64,000 bases of DNA from NCBI GenBank assembly GCA_963791795.1, contig CAWBTP010000003.1:64516-128515 (forward strand). Reading direction: 5' to 3'. Origin of the DNA: an uncultured Acidimicrobiia bacterium. Its GTDB lineage: Bacteria > Acidobacteriota > Terriglobia > Versatilivoradales > Versatilivoraceae. Under the pieces are notes generated by a model. It worked only from the letters and a program-made list of their open reading frames with translations. It made no database searches and was not told the origin of the DNA. Made by a program: the position numbers and the translations under genes. This document shows, piece after piece, positions 11,301 through 22,143 of the stretch (its first letter is position 1; each line of letters begins with the position of its first letter).

Positions 11301-11752
11301 CCGTTTTTTCGGGAGTGCAGCAGACGGGATGGGGCTCCCGGCGTGCGGATCGGCCCGACCAGATTGGCAGTCCGGATCTGTCCGTGGATCGCGAGATCCG
11401 GGAGGACTACTTCGGAACGGGCGAGGCAAACGCCTCGTTCTTTAGGATTCCAATCGGCCTGAAGGAGGGCACCGGGCCAAACCGGGGTCGTCACGGAAGT
11501 TTGGGCCGCAACACATTTCGCGGACCCGGATTTTGCAATTTCGATTTCTCCCTGATCAAAGACACGCCGATTGGCAAACGCGGGGGAGGTGATGCCTTGA
11601 CGGTGCAATTCCGGGCCGAGTTTTTCAACCTATTCAATATTGTGAACTTTGCAGTCCCCGAGAGTTTTATTCGCGGAACGGGCTTCGGCTTTATCACCCG
11701 CACGGCAGGTACATCGAGGCAGCTTCAGTTTTCGCTGAAGTTGATTTATTAA
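8393..11752 (+). CDS. TonB-dependent receptor with N-terminal carboxypeptidase-regulatory-like domain and plug
   Basis: 1119 aa. Signal peptide; ...AGTYRIVVHRKGLQ... (CarbopepD_reg-like); plug-like ...NKRDYSKLLTLESG...; long beta-barrel. Uninterrupted. Confidence 0.75.
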   Translation: MVGLCHERRLLVVGLLAAFLSPGFVLAEDEGPASWRGVLRDHTALPLAGVVVELQSASGRENLKNSTDHAGAFTFAAIPAGTYRIVVHRKGLQLPGQETIQFKQGARLELWLELAATNQYVVLRGPVVEEPKSSGGEVISNQEVADLPLNKRDYSKLLTLESGTSTDTNSGVGNFTQQFAANGQRGTAAVFSVDGIEATDPELGGATFSNFNVDAIEEIRSSSGVMPAEIGHGAAVFTNVITKSGTKQVHGSLFEFHRNAALDARNFFDRRTESNPRRLPPFVRNEFGFTNGGPVVIPGIYNGSEKTFYFGQYQGFREVLGTTQVLAVPSLEERRGINTTAFPGDTLYVPVSPLIAPVLAGYPMPNDPRGPFGPRTYATSSKVETVTNQFSVRIDHKISNTAQLFSRFSLNNVDGPLTNPSQTAIDPSFAVRFLDRQRNFGLTYTRTFSPRVISETSLGFLRTTPLFPTANRIQPSLVFADSLFEPFNRPGGQVSGTFGNVFQFRQSLAYVRRSHSFKFGFETRIHRDSIVFAFYPNGQYIFGGGTAYSAVDIPSASGLHNIRAGDSLPDSLSGLLTATPFAFTTSAAPAIFPQGDRIGLSAIRRESYNFYFQDNWRISPSFSLSYGLRYEVNTRIREPNRLTSRLRLSGSFPFEVNPQPPYVMDWTGFAPRLGLQWRLASRTLLRAGGALTTLLPNLFQTNLLTGSFPFVYSPFISAKPGAPVAFQNSVTRFELPPVYTPSGQDIYASGRSTDVAPNTEIDLQRFQDELAAATRQPVLPISPFVMSPDFRNGYIGSYIAEVEQDLGAAKLTVSYVGTAGVRLASLFYPNGYEGADPAFAPFTRFDSSGRIIGGLGPFNVMASRGHSTFHSLQASVQKTSSRAGLGFQISYTFGKALDDTSSAYRPPQDPSNWQAEKGPSNFDVRHSLTFSVSQSLPLGRVPAIRLLGRAWTSGWKVINISTLTGGLPFTVFSGVQQTGWGSRRADRPDQIGSPDLSVDREIREDYFGTGEANASFFRIPIGLKEGTGPNRGRHGSLGRNTFRGPGFCNFDFSLIKDTPIGKRGGGDALTVQFRAEFFNLFNIVNFAVPESFIRGTGFGFITRTAGTSRQLQFSLKLIY

Positions 11753-11812
11753 TGCGAATTACAGAAGGTGGTGACGACACTCCTTGTCTCTCGAAACACT
11801 CGATAGATTTCG

Positions 11813-11868
11813 GTCCCCCTCGCCCCAGCGCGGGAGAGGGGCTAGGGGTGCGGGGTGAGGGGGCGAGT
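11813..11868. repeat. GC-rich palindromic REP-like element
   Basis: tccccctcgccccagcgcgggagaggggctaggggtgcggggtgagggggcgag with complementary arms, located between convergent/tandem genes. Confidence 0.4.
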
Positions 11869-11927
11869 ACACAGCTGGAGCTCCTTTTCAGTGTTCTAAG
11901 ATCCCAATCCAGCGGAGTGGAGTTGAT

Positions 11928-13451
11928 ATGAGACCAAGAAAGAGAATGGACCGAAGGCAGTTTGTGCAAACTGCAGCTGGAGCCTCTGCTTCTTCCCTGC
12001 TGATTTCGCCCGTCCAGTCGGCGCTATCGGCGAAGCCCAGGAGGGACAATCCCGTGGTAGCGGAGAATGCGAAACCTGGGACCGCGGACTGGCAGCTTCA
12101 GTACACAAGTTTTGACGATCCGATTACTCTGGCTTCGTATCCGATGAATCGTCGCGTTCGCTCCGTGGCCATTGAAGGCTACGCCTCGAAGACGAGTGTT
12201 CTCCAGGGAGAGAGTCTTGACCTGATGGTGAGCCAATCACCCGCAGGCAACTACAACATCGATATCTATCGCCTCGGCTACTATGGCGGCGCCGGCGGAC
12301 GGCACATGGCTCGCCTGGGACCTTTCAAAGGGAATCCGCAGCCGATTCCGATGATGAGCATGGAGCGTCTTCGAGAGTGTGCCTGGGAGAAAGGAACCAC
12401 GCTCAACATTCCGAAGGAGTGGCCGAGTGGCGTCTACCTTGCGAAACTGACACGCGCCGAGGAGTTCGGCGTCGAAAGCTATGTGATCTTTGTCGTGAAG
12501 GAACACCGCAAGGCGGATCTTCTCGTTCAGGCGAGCGACCTCACGTGGCAGGCCTATAACAAGTGGCCCGGCAAGGATTCCCTTTACGACGACGGAACGC
12601 CTGAAGTTTGGTACACGGGACCCAAAGTCCGCGTGAGCTTTGACCGGCCCTATGCCAAGTATTGCCAGGTTATCGATGCGCCAGGAAGCATCGGGAGCGG
12701 GGCATATCTGCTCTTCGAGTTTCCGATGGCGTTCTGGCTGGAGCAGCAAGGCTACGACGTGATCTATTGCTCCAACACCGACCTTGAGACGGATCCGGTC
12801 TTGCTCGACAACGCCAAAGCCTTTCTCTCGGTCGGCCATGACGAGTATTGGTCCCGGCCGATGTTCGAAGCGGCCCTGAAGGCTCGCGACCGCGGCTTGA
12901 GTCTGGCCTTCTTTTCTGGCGACACGATGTGGTCAGAGATTCTCACTTACAAGAGCTCGGTGACCGGCTCTCCGTTTCGTGCCTTCGCCCGCAAGCGTGA
13001 TTTCGACGGAGAAGAGCAGAAGCTGATGGGAGTGAAATCGGGTCCCAACGGCTATGGTGACTGGACCATCACAAAACCAAAGCACTGGATTTATGAAGGG
13101 CTCGGCGCCAATGAAGGCGATAGGATCCGCGGCCTGGTTGGCTGGGAGTACAACTGGATTCCCGCGACGGATATTCCAGGCCTCGAAGTTGTAGCCACCG
13201 CTCCGCTCAATCCTAGAAATACTCAGTGGGCCAAAGATCAAAGGCACCATGCCGTCGTGTACCCTTGCAAACAAGGCAACTGGGTCTTCAATGCAGGAAC
13301 CATCTGGTGGCCAGAGGGCCTGAGCGTTCCGCCGGGCCATATCCCGGCGCGGGTAGCTGGGATGGGAGCAGCCTTCGGCGTCCATCCCTGGGTTCAGCGT
13401 ATGACCGCAAATGTTCTGGATCGAATGATCAAAGACTGCCCGCGCACTTGA
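11928..13451 (+). CDS. Tat-signal secreted protein, possibly N,N-dimethylformamidase beta-subunit-like family
   Basis: RRQFVQTAAGASA twin-arginine motif; ...GHDEYWS... and LGYYGG motifs recalled from DMFase-large-subunit-like proteins. Family assignment is from memory only. Confidence 0.4.
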   Translation: MRPRKRMDRRQFVQTAAGASASSLLISPVQSALSAKPRRDNPVVAENAKPGTADWQLQYTSFDDPITLASYPMNRRVRSVAIEGYASKTSVLQGESLDLMVSQSPAGNYNIDIYRLGYYGGAGGRHMARLGPFKGNPQPIPMMSMERLRECAWEKGTTLNIPKEWPSGVYLAKLTRAEEFGVESYVIFVVKEHRKADLLVQASDLTWQAYNKWPGKDSLYDDGTPEVWYTGPKVRVSFDRPYAKYCQVIDAPGSIGSGAYLLFEFPMAFWLEQQGYDVIYCSNTDLETDPVLLDNAKAFLSVGHDEYWSRPMFEAALKARDRGLSLAFFSGDTMWSEILTYKSSVTGSPFRAFARKRDFDGEEQKLMGVKSGPNGYGDWTITKPKHWIYEGLGANEGDRIRGLVGWEYNWIPATDIPGLEVVATAPLNPRNTQWAKDQRHHAVVYPCKQGNWVFNAGTIWWPEGLSVPPGHIPARVAGMGAAFGVHPWVQRMTANVLDRMIKDCPRT

Positions 13452-13626
13452 CAGGATGTTGTGCTGCGGAACCAGATCTTGTTGAAATGTACCTGGAGGC
13501 CATGGATTTGGCGGATCGCACGAGTTGTTTGTCGCTTGTCTGTGGCCGTCGCGCAGAGGCCGCCTGTCGCTGCCTACCTCCCGACCAGGTGAATTCCCGC
13601 TGTCAATCCTCCATCTACGATAGAGA

Positions 13627-14490
13627 GTGTATAAAGTGAAAGAGACTGCAAAACTTTTGGTGTCCTGCCCTGATCAGCATGGCTTGGTGGCGAGAATCTC
13701 CGACTTTGTGTTTCGTAACGGAGGCAACTTTCTCCACTTTGACCAGCATACTGACATTCATGCCGGTGTTTTCCTGGCCAGGGCCGAGTGGGAATTGGAC
13801 GGATTTCAGATTCCGCGCGAACGGATCAGCGAGTGCTTTCAAGGCATTGCTCTTGAATGTGGGATGCACTTCGAGCTGATCTTCAGCGATCAGGTTCCAA
13901 AGATTGCCATTCTCGTTTCAAAGCTGCCTCACTGCCTGCAGGATCTCTTGCTCAGGCATCAGATCGGCGAGTTTCGAGCTGAGATTGCTCTGGTCATCAG
14001 CAACCACCGCGAGGCGGAGGGCATTGCCAGCGCGTTTGGCATCCCGTTCAAACACGTGCCTATCACGGCCGAGAACAAGCTTCAACAGGAGGCCGATGAG
14101 ATCCAGATGATCAAAGACACAGGTGTAGAGTTGGTGGTGCTGGCGCGCTATATGCAAGTTCTCAGCGAGCGATTTGTTGCGGCGTTTCCGAACCGAATCA
14201 TCAATATTCATCACTCCTTCCTGCCGGCCTTCATTGGAGCACAGCCTTATTACCAGGCTTTCGCGCGTGGAGTGAAGTTGATCGGGGCAACCGGCCACTA
14301 CGTGAATTCCGAACTGGACAACGGACCTATCATCGAACAGGAAATCATCCGGGTGAGTCATCGTGACTCCCTCGAAGATCTCATTCGCAAAGGCCGCGAT
14401 CTGGAGAAGGTGGTTCTCGCCCGTGCGGTTCGCTTACATTTGATGCACAAGGTTCTCACGTACGGCAATAAGACGGTGATCTTTGACTGA
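13627..14490 (+). CDS. purU: Formyltetrahydrofolate deformylase
   Basis: N-terminal ACT-like domain (...LLVSCPDQHGLVARISDFV...) plus formyl-transferase core (...IINIHHSFLPAF.G...). 287 aa, typical length. Confidence 0.85.
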   Translation: MYKVKETAKLLVSCPDQHGLVARISDFVFRNGGNFLHFDQHTDIHAGVFLARAEWELDGFQIPRERISECFQGIALECGMHFELIFSDQVPKIAILVSKLPHCLQDLLLRHQIGEFRAEIALVISNHREAEGIASAFGIPFKHVPITAENKLQQEADEIQMIKDTGVELVVLARYMQVLSERFVAAFPNRIINIHHSFLPAFIGAQPYYQAFARGVKLIGATGHYVNSELDNGPIIEQEIIRVSHRDSLEDLIRKGRDLEKVVLARAVRLHLMHKVLTYGNKTVIFD

Positions 14491-15067
14491 CCTTGCCTGC
14501 CCAAAGTAACCGAAAAAGACTGGAGAATCACGATAGATATCCCCAGATGTGCGGAGTGTCGCTCGAGAGATAACGGCTCTTCTCCAGCGGAATCAGAGCA
14601 TCCTGATCGCATGGCAGCCAGAAAGGGACCTTTATCCTTGTTCGACTGTTGAATGGGAGCTCACCCATGGAGCTGCTGATGAGCAGTGCGGATGCCTGGC
14701 TGGCATCCGTACTGCTTCTTTGCGCCTCATCGCTCTGTGCTGCAGAATCAGCAAGGAGAGGAAATCCGCTGGATCACTCTCCAATCTGCGGGTCCCCTTT
14801 TCCGAACGGATTCCAAGCGGTCGTTCGATTTTTCACCTATGCAGTCTGGGTTTTCCCCTGCCGGCGTTTCCACTTCTATCACCCTACTGGCCGAATCACG
14901 GCGTAACCGGAGACTGGACGATCCGGTAAGATGACCTGTCGAGAACCTCGTCGATTGTGTCTCGCACATGAAGTCCCGCGTGAAGGACGTCGAAGCGACA
15001 CCAGTATGCCTCCTTCCTGGCGGGATTCACTAGGGTTCTGGTATGATCCATTCCCTACTCACTTTTC

Positions 15068-15721
15068 TTGGCCAATGATTACAAGGTGAGAGACGCTACG
15101 AGGCCTAAACTGGAGTCAAAGAAGGGCTGGGAACTGACCGCGGACGCATTCCGTCAGCTTCTGGAGTGGCTCGATGAAGGGACGGATTCTGGCGGAGAGA
15201 AGTATCTGGAGATACGCCGAAGACTCGCATCTTTCTTTGACCGGAAGAACTGCCTTGCCCCAGATGACCTCGCCGACGAGACTTTGAACCGTGTGGCACG
15301 CAGGCTGACGGAAGAAGGTGCCATTACAAATACCACGCCTACTCATTACCTTTACATCGTCGCCAGGTTTGTCTTTCTGGAATATCTTCGTCGCAGCGAA
15401 ACCGGTGCGGTGAGTCTGGACAGTGCCTCACAGCCCAGTGCTGCGAGTGTCAGTGTGGCGCCAAATTCTGACTTGCAGGCTTCACGGGAAGAAAAAGAGA
15501 AGGTCCTGGATTGCCTTGAACATTGCTTGGACCGTCTGGAGCCGGAAAACCGCGAGCTCATTCTGCACTATTACTACGGAGAACAACGGAAAAAGATCGA
15601 GAACCGCCAGGCGCTGGCCGAACGACTGGGTCTCACGATCAACGCGCTCAGCATCCGCACCTGTCGCGTTCGGGCTCGGCTCGAAGCTTGTGTCAGCAAA
15701 TGCACCGGCCACAGAGAGTGA
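15068..15721 (+). CDS. Sigma-70 family (ECF-like) RNA polymerase sigma factor
   Basis: 217 aa with region-2-like and region-4-like HTH text (...QALAERLGLTINALSIRTCRVRARL...). Followed directly by an anti-sigma-like gene. Confidence 0.55.
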   Translation: MANDYKVRDATRPKLESKKGWELTADAFRQLLEWLDEGTDSGGEKYLEIRRRLASFFDRKNCLAPDDLADETLNRVARRLTEEGAITNTTPTHYLYIVARFVFLEYLRRSETGAVSLDSASQPSAASVSVAPNSDLQASREEKEKVLDCLEHCLDRLEPENRELILHYYYGEQRKKIENRQALAERLGLTINALSIRTCRVRARLEACVSKCTGHRE

Positions 15722-15736
15722 AATCCTTTTGCAATT

Positions 15737-16781
15737 TTGGCTTATCTTAGCAGGAGGGGTGTGTCTTCAGTGGATCCACAAACAGCTAGCGATCAACTTG
15801 TCACCCAGTATCTTCTCGGTTCTTTGTCTTCAGAAGAAACGGAACGGCTGGATGAACTGAGCTTGGCCGACGATGAATTCGCGGGACGATTGCAGGTGCT
15901 CGAGAACGAGCTGATCGACGCCTACGTCGAAGGCGAGCTTTCCGGTCAGACGCTGGAACATTTCAATTCATTCTATCTTGTCCTCGCCGAAACGACGCGA
16001 AAGGGTTAGATTCGCCCAAGCCCTCCACACAGTCTCAGAGCGCGCCGCAGTAGGACAACCGGCAGTGAACAAGCAACCAGTCGTCAAAGAGCCTCAGGTA
16101 TTGCCAAGGTCCGGCACGCCTTGGGCGTTCAGTTTGCGGGCACCGTCTGGCTCGGGACGAACTTTGCAATGGGGATTGGCCGCCGCGGCCTCGCTCCTGC
16201 TCGTGGCGGGCAGCTGGTTGATGATAGAGAATTGGCGGTTGCGCGGCCAGATGAAGCAGGCACATGCGGAACGAACGGGAGTAGAGCAGCACCAGAGGGA
16301 ATTGCTGGCACAGTTAGCGGAACAGCACTCATTTGCTTCGGCGAAGGAGAAAGAGCTTGCCGGCCTGCGCGAAAGCCTGGACCGCATCAAGCAGGAGTCA
16401 ACAGGCTTACCCTCGCAGCCACCATCAGAAGTGCCAACGATTGTCGCTTTCGCGCTGGCGGCTCAGACCCGCGGCATCTCCCAGATCGCTACCCTAGTCG
16501 TTCCTGCGGAAGCCGACTACGTAGCTGTCGAGCTTCAGCTGGAATCAGGAGGCTATCCCGGTTACCGCGCGATACTGAAAGCAGCGCCGGAGAACCAGGT
16601 CATTTGGCGGAGTGGGAGACTGAAGGCCAGAAGCAGCGGCGACCTCAAAGTCGTCGGGATTAGTCTCCGTCCCGCCCTGTTGAAATCATCTAGATATATG
16701 GTTGAAGTGTTTGGTGTTGCCGCCGACGGCAGCAGTAACGAGATCGCCGGTAGCTATGCGTTTACAGTCATCAAGCAGTAG
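15737..16781 (+). CDS. Putative anti-sigma factor (single TM helix, coiled coil), frameshifted
   Basis: ORFs 15737-16009 and 15978-16781 join as ...HFNSFYLV|SPKRRERVRFAQALHTV... after removing one C near 15990. TM helix LAAAASLLLVAGSWLMI. Confidence 0.5.
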
Positions 16782-16874
16782 TTGGCGTTCGGCTACTCTC
16801 CTCCTATGGGGGCTGAGCATGTGCTGGGACAGCGCGTCGGCGGGATCAAGAGTTTTGAAATGCTTGTTGTTCCT

Positions 16875-17261
16875 CGGAGGCGACAAATGTGAATAGCCAT
16901 GGGTCTGAGCGCAGCCGTGCGAAGCGAAGCCCGCGGTAGCAGGACAGTTTCCAGATTCAACCCTAAAAGGGTTGAACGGCCTCAATGTTAGTCACGGTTT
17001 CCGTTTGGGTTTTCGACTCCTTCCGGGTCAGGCCTTTCTAGCGACTCTAACCCTGGGTGGCGCCTGAGTGTCGCGCCGTCCAGGGCTATCCACACTTGGT
17101 CCCCTTCCGGACGCAGACTCAAACCCACCCGCCGGCTGAGTCCGGCGACCCGATTTATGGATAAACGCACCCATAGGGAGAGGTCTTCGCCGACTAGTGG
17201 CGGGGGTTTTGACGTTAGCTCCCCTGCCCTTGGCGTATCCTCCCGCAGGACAAGGAGGCCT
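16875..17261 (+). promoter_or_regulatory. Long structured non-coding leader upstream of the TPR-CHAT gene; head motif shared with 2463-2500
   Basis: GGAGG-N9-TGAATAGCCATGGGTCTGAG at 16875-16910. Several hairpins (ccctgggtggcgcc...gcgccgtccaggg). Strong RBS caaggagg 6 nt before ATG 17262. Confidence 0.3.
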
Positions 17262-20200
17262 ATGTTTTTGTCCTTACCCTGCCTGTTCCGATCGAACTGC
17301 TGGCACGCTCGTCTGTACACCACCGTGTTGCTTTGCGTTTCTTTTGTGCTTCCGTTCGTGCCAGGCCGAAGCGCGCAGGCGGTGATGCTGCTTGCTCCAG
17401 AGCAGCAGTCATCGCGGGCCGACAAAGGCGGACGTGATTCCGATGGAGTTGGGCTGCCAACCCTGGGCCAGTCCGTCGAGCGTGAACTGGCAGGCGGGCA
17501 AAAGCACAGCTACCAGATCACACTCGCTGAAGGTCAGTACCTCAGCGTGGTTGTCGAGCAACGCGGCATCAATGTGGCGGTGCGGATGGTCGGAACCAAG
17601 GGAGAAACCATCACAGAATGGGACCGTGAACTCACTCTCCAGGGGCGGGAGAATGCCGAACTTGTGGCCGACACCGCCGGGAGCTATCGCGTCACCATTG
17701 AAGCGAAGCCGAGGATGGCTGCCTCCGGTTTCTATAGGATTCGCGTCATGGAGTTGCGAGCTGCGACCGAGACAGACCAGACGTTAGCGGAAGCACGCAA
17801 GCTGCATTGGGAGGGTCGCCGCCTTTATCTCGCCGGAAAGTACGACCAGGCTCTTCCTCTTGTAGAAAAGGCGCTGCGAATCCGAGAGAAAGCGCTTGGG
17901 CCGAACCATCTCGAAACGGCGTTGACTCTCTTGGTGCTCGGCAACATCCACCAAGACAAGATTGAATTTGGAAGGGCGGAGGAAGCCTATCAGCGTATGG
18001 TCTCCGTCATAGAAACCGCGCTGGGCCATGAACATCCGCTTCTTGCTCTAGGCCTTAACAATCTTGCTAATACCTATGAGCGAAAGTATGAATTGGAAAA
18101 ATCCGAACGGCTGCACCAGCGCGCGTTAGCAATCCGGGAGAAGGCCCTGGGGTCCGAACACCTGGATGTTGCTCAATCTTTGAGTAATCTTTCCATTGTC
18201 TACAGCAAAAAAGGAGACTCGGCCCAGGTGGTGCTGCTTCTCGAACGATCGCTGGCGATCAGGGAGAAGCTGCTGGGCCCCCAAGACATTGCCATGGCTA
18301 TACCTCTGGCCAATCTCGCACTGGAATATCGCGCCAAGGGTGATTACCCGAAGGCGGAAGCCATGCTCCAACGCGCGCTGGTGCTGAGAGAGAAGGAGTG
18401 GGGGCCTAATCATCCGGACGTCGCGATAGCGCTCGGTCAGCTTGGTGAGCTCTATCGCGACAGAGGCGACTACGTCACAGCAGAGCCGCTGTATCGGCGC
18501 GGGCTGGCCATCCGCGAGGCCGAGCTGGGGCCCGATCATCTCGACGTTTCAAAATCCCTCAACAGTCTCGGCAACCTCTCCGAGGCCGCCGGGGACCTAA
18601 TCAAGGCGGAACAACTCTATCAGCGGGCCTTGGTGATCATAGAAAAGAACCTGGGACCGGACCACCCCTATGTCAGCAGGAGTCTCATGTATCTGGCCGG
18701 CCTCTACCAGAAGAGAGGCGACGATGCCAAAGCAGAACCGCTGTACCAACGGGCGCTGGCGATCCGGGAGAAACGATTGGAGCCCGACCATCCCGACCTT
18801 GCTGAGGTGTTCCATGGTCTCGCAGAGCTTCACAGATCAAAAGGAAACTACGACCAGGCCGAGCGGCTCTATCAGCAAGCGTTGCGAATCATAGAGAAGG
18901 GGTTGGGACCGGACCATCCCAAGCTTGTTGCCATCCTGAGCGGTCTCGCGAAGCTGCATGCCGCGAAAAGAGAGTTCGGTGAGTCTGTCGCTCACCAGGC
19001 GCGAGCCATGGAAGTGATTGAGTATAACGTTGATCTGAATCTCACAGCGGGATCGGAACGGCAAAAACTGGCTTACCTTGCCACGCTATCGGATGCGTCT
19101 GATCAGGCTGTCTCCCTGCACGCTGACTTTGACCCTGACAATCTCGCTGCACGCCAACTGGCTGCTACAGCGATCCTGCGACGCAAGGGCAGGGTACAGG
19201 ATGCGATGGCAGATAGCCTTGCGGGGTTGCGCCGACGCCTTGGGCCAGAGGACCAAGCGCTGCTCGACCGGCTCAATGACACAACGTCGCAACTGGCCCA
19301 ACTCGTTCTTAACGGGCCACAGCACATGGCTGCGACCGACCATCAGAAACGAGTCAAGGACCTCCAAGAACAAAGGGAGAACATCGAAGCCCAGATCAGC
19401 CAAGGTAGCAGCGGGTCTTACGGAGCGTCCCGTCCCATCACTCTCGACGTGGTGCAATCGCTGATCCCTCGCCAAGCCGTGCTGGTTGAATTCGCAGTAT
19501 ATCGCCCGCTGGATATAAAGGCTAAGGCGGACCAGCCGATCTTCGGCGAACCACGTTATGTGGTCTACATTGTGCGCCAGCAAGGCGAGGTTCAGTGGGT
19601 GGAACTCGGCAAGGCCAAAGTTATTGATGAAGCCGTCGCCGCTCTGCGCAGTGCGCTTTGCGATCCCAAACGGCGTGACGTGCACGAACTGGCCCGCGCG
19701 GTGGACGAGAAAGTGATGCAGCCGGTGCGCAAACGGGCCGGCGACGCTTCTCAACTGCTGTTCTCGCCGGATGGCGTGCTCAATCTTCTTCCCGTCGCGG
19801 CACTTGTGGATGAAAAGGGCAGTTACCTGATCGAACGTTACTCGATCAGTTATCTGACCAGCGGCCGCGACCTGCTGCGTCTTCAGATGGCCCGGCAAAG
19901 CCGCAACGCTCCACTCGTGCTCGCAGATCCCGTATTCGGGGAACCGGACGGCGTTCAGATCTCCAAGGCGGAGATCCCAGCCAAAGGGCGATTGACGCGG
20001 GACCGCTTGCTTCGAAGTGTGACCACGGGCTCGGACCTGTCTGAGGTCTATTTTGCCCGTCTGGAGGGAACCAGTCAGGAAGCCGGCGCCATCCGGTCGC
20101 TGTTTCCGGACTCCGTGGTCATGACGGGAACGCAGGCGACGGAGTCAACCCTCAAGCAGGCGGCTGCGCCCCGGCTGGTTCACATCGCGACACATGGATT

Positions 20201-20705
20201 CTTCCTGGAAGCAAACACCCCAAAGGCGCCGCAGGAAGCAGATCGCCGCGGGATCAACCTCAATGTGAGGATCGAGAATCCGCTGTTGCGCTCTGGACTG
20301 GCGCTGGCAGGCGCCAACCTGCGGTCGGATACTAGTGACGACGGCATCTTGACAGCTATGGAGGCTGCGGGGCTGAATCTGTGGGGAACAAAACTGGTGA
20401 CGCTCTCAGCCTGTGACACCGGGGTAGGTGAAGTGAAGAACGGCGAAGGTGTCTACGGCTTGCGCCGTGCGTTCGTACTGGCCGGGGCGGAGACGCTGGT
20501 CATGAGCCTGTGGCCCGTCAGCGACCGAGGTCACGCGAGAATTAATGAGTCGATACTACGAGGGCCTGAAGCAGGGACAAGGACGCGGCGAAGCCTTGCG
20601 GCAGATGCAACTCGACATGCTCAAGCGAAAAGATCGGCAGCACCCGTTCTATTGGGCCAGTTTCATTCAGTCCGGCGAGTGGGCCAACCTGGATGGCAAA
20701 CGCTG
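17262..20705 (+). CDS. TPR-repeat protein with C-terminal CHAT (caspase-like) protease domain, frameshifted near 20520
   Basis: Signal/TM-like N-terminus. At least 8 TPR_10/12-type repeats (...LNNLANTYERKYELEKSERLHQRALAIREKALG...). CHAT His/Cys dyad context HIATHGFF...LSACDTGVG. The true C-terminus ...SDEVTRELMSRYYEGLKQG...FYWASFIQSGEW is in the +1 frame (extra C in gaCCgagg). Confidence 0.75.
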
Positions 20706-20867
20706 AGGACGCCCAGGAGCGCAGCGATTGCAGCCAAGTGTCTGCCGTGTTATTTCCTTCAGACTCCCCTAACCGTAAGGCGAAACGAGGTTCTCCCCTT
20801 CATCATTCGCTACAGATGCAACCAATCCTCCCTTAGAACAGCCCCCCAACAGCAGGTGCACCCAAAG

Positions 20868-20917
20868 ATCAGCTCCGTCCTCTGAAATGTTTTTGCGGAC
20901 GTGTCTTATCCAAGTGG
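20868..20917 (+). promoter_or_regulatory. Conserved ~50-bp cis element, copy 1 (ATCNGCTCCGYCYTCTGAAATGTTTTT-N3-GAC-N-TGTCTTATCCAAGTGG)
   Basis: Same element at 22081-22130 (45/50 identical) and 25731-25778 (more diverged). Each lies immediately 5' of a gene start. Confidence 0.5.
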
Positions 20918-20977
20918 AACCGAGAGGGCACCAAAGGTGGCCGGTTTCTTCTGGTCACCAACAAAGGAGTCAAGCCT

Positions 20978-21838
20978 ATGAAACCCAAGAACGAAAATAC
21001 TATCAACAGAGATCTTAGGGATCTGGCAGGATTGGAACGGGCAGCGTTCCCAAACGTCGTAGCGCGCAGCTTCACGGTGACGCCGGAGGCTGTGGAAACG
21101 GGTGGGTCAGTCACCGTTGCCTGGAAGGTGACCGTGCCGGATTCCGACGATATTGTTGAGCTGAAGCTGAATGGGCAATTGATTGGTGCCTTTGGTCAGA
21201 AGCGTTTTACCAACTTGACTGAAACCACTGACTTCGCACTGTCTGCCGCGACCGAGCGTGAAGAAAGGGTGCTGCGCAAGTTGAGAGTTCGCGTGGACAC
21301 ACCAGAGTGCCGGTGGGCGACCCCAGTCGAAGCCTTCGTGATCACCGCATTACTGAAGAAAGAGTTCGACGATCGCTTTAGCGGAAGCAGCCAGTTCAGT
21401 CTGCGTGGTAACGGAACTGTTGTGACTCTTGATGCCGGTGCGATCAACATCGCGGTGCCTGTGACGATCCACGTGGAGGACTGGTTCAATGCGGACATGG
21501 ACGTCGCGATCAAATTGTCGGTCACGGGAGGGGGAGGATCACCAGTCCTAGTACTGTCCCGCGGTGTTAGTCTCAATGTGAGCTGGTCTTTCTTCGAGCA
21601 TCTGCCCAGCCTGGGGTGCACGCATTTTGTCGAGAGCGGAATGTCGCAGTTGGGACAGGCGCTCATGTCGGATATTGTCAAGTCGGAACTGGTGCCTAAG
21701 GTCGCACGAGCGTTCAATGACCAGGTCGATAAGTTCATCAAAGAGGTCCAAGAAGGGGATCCGCAGCACCGGACGTACGTGTTGGCGTTCTTTGCGCTTT
21801 CGCCCGACGGCCTTAGGTTCAAGGTTTGCCCGGGGTAG
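20978..21838 (+). CDS. Hypothetical protein (286 aa, beta-rich, no signal peptide) immediately downstream of the CHAT gene
   Basis: Good RBS aaaggag. Ig-like stretch TVTPEAVETGGSVTVAWKVTVPD, then alternating-hydrophobic beta-strand text. No recognisable family. Confidence 0.5.
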   Translation: MKPKNENTINRDLRDLAGLERAAFPNVVARSFTVTPEAVETGGSVTVAWKVTVPDSDDIVELKLNGQLIGAFGQKRFTNLTETTDFALSAATEREERVLRKLRVRVDTPECRWATPVEAFVITALLKKEFDDRFSGSSQFSLRGNGTVVTLDAGAINIAVPVTIHVEDWFNADMDVAIKLSVTGGGGSPVLVLSRGVSLNVSWSFFEHLPSLGCTHFVESGMSQLGQALMSDIVKSELVPKVARAFNDQVDKFIKEVQEGDPQHRTYVLAFFALSPDGLRFKVCPG

Positions 21839-22080
21839 AAGCCGATGCTTCCTTACAACAAACCCTCCGATAGCAGGTATTCACCGTCAACCAACCGCAA
21901 CGCTCGCACGACCCTGATTATCCAGTGACAGGTCGGCTTGCGAAAGCGTAGTCCGCAGCGGTGGTGCTTGAGGACCGTCGCTTATCAGGGAAGCTTTCTC
22001 AAGGAAGCCGACTGGCAAAAAGCGCCAGCCGCTGAATCCTGGGGTGGTAGGCCGCTTACATCCAACCATTCGCCAAAAAA

Positions 22081-22130
22081 ATCTGCTCCGCCTTCTGAAA
22101 TGTTTTTCCTGACATGTCTTATCCAAGTGG
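22081..22130 (+). promoter_or_regulatory. Conserved ~50-bp cis element, copy 2
   Basis: atctgctccgccttctgaaatgtttttcctgacatgtcttatccaagtgg. Ends 14 nt before ATG 22144 of the S8 peptidase. Confidence 0.5.
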
Positions 22131-22143
22131 GTATGAGAACTTT

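Noticed and set aside
14649-14906. 85-aa ORF with a signal-peptide-like N-terminus in the purU-sigma intergenic region
   Set aside because: No RBS, odd composition and overlapping alternative ORFs. Insufficient support for a gene.
17020-17060. Possible SRP-RNA-like segment (ccttccgggtcagg) in the CHAT leader
   Set aside because: Only a short partial resemblance to the SRP domain-IV consensus.
20978-21838. 286-aa protein after CHAT, considered as a bacterial gasdermin
   Set aside because: No N-terminal Cys/palmitoylation context, no gasdermin-like N-terminus, and the gene order (protease first) is atypical. Kept as hypothetical pending structure prediction.
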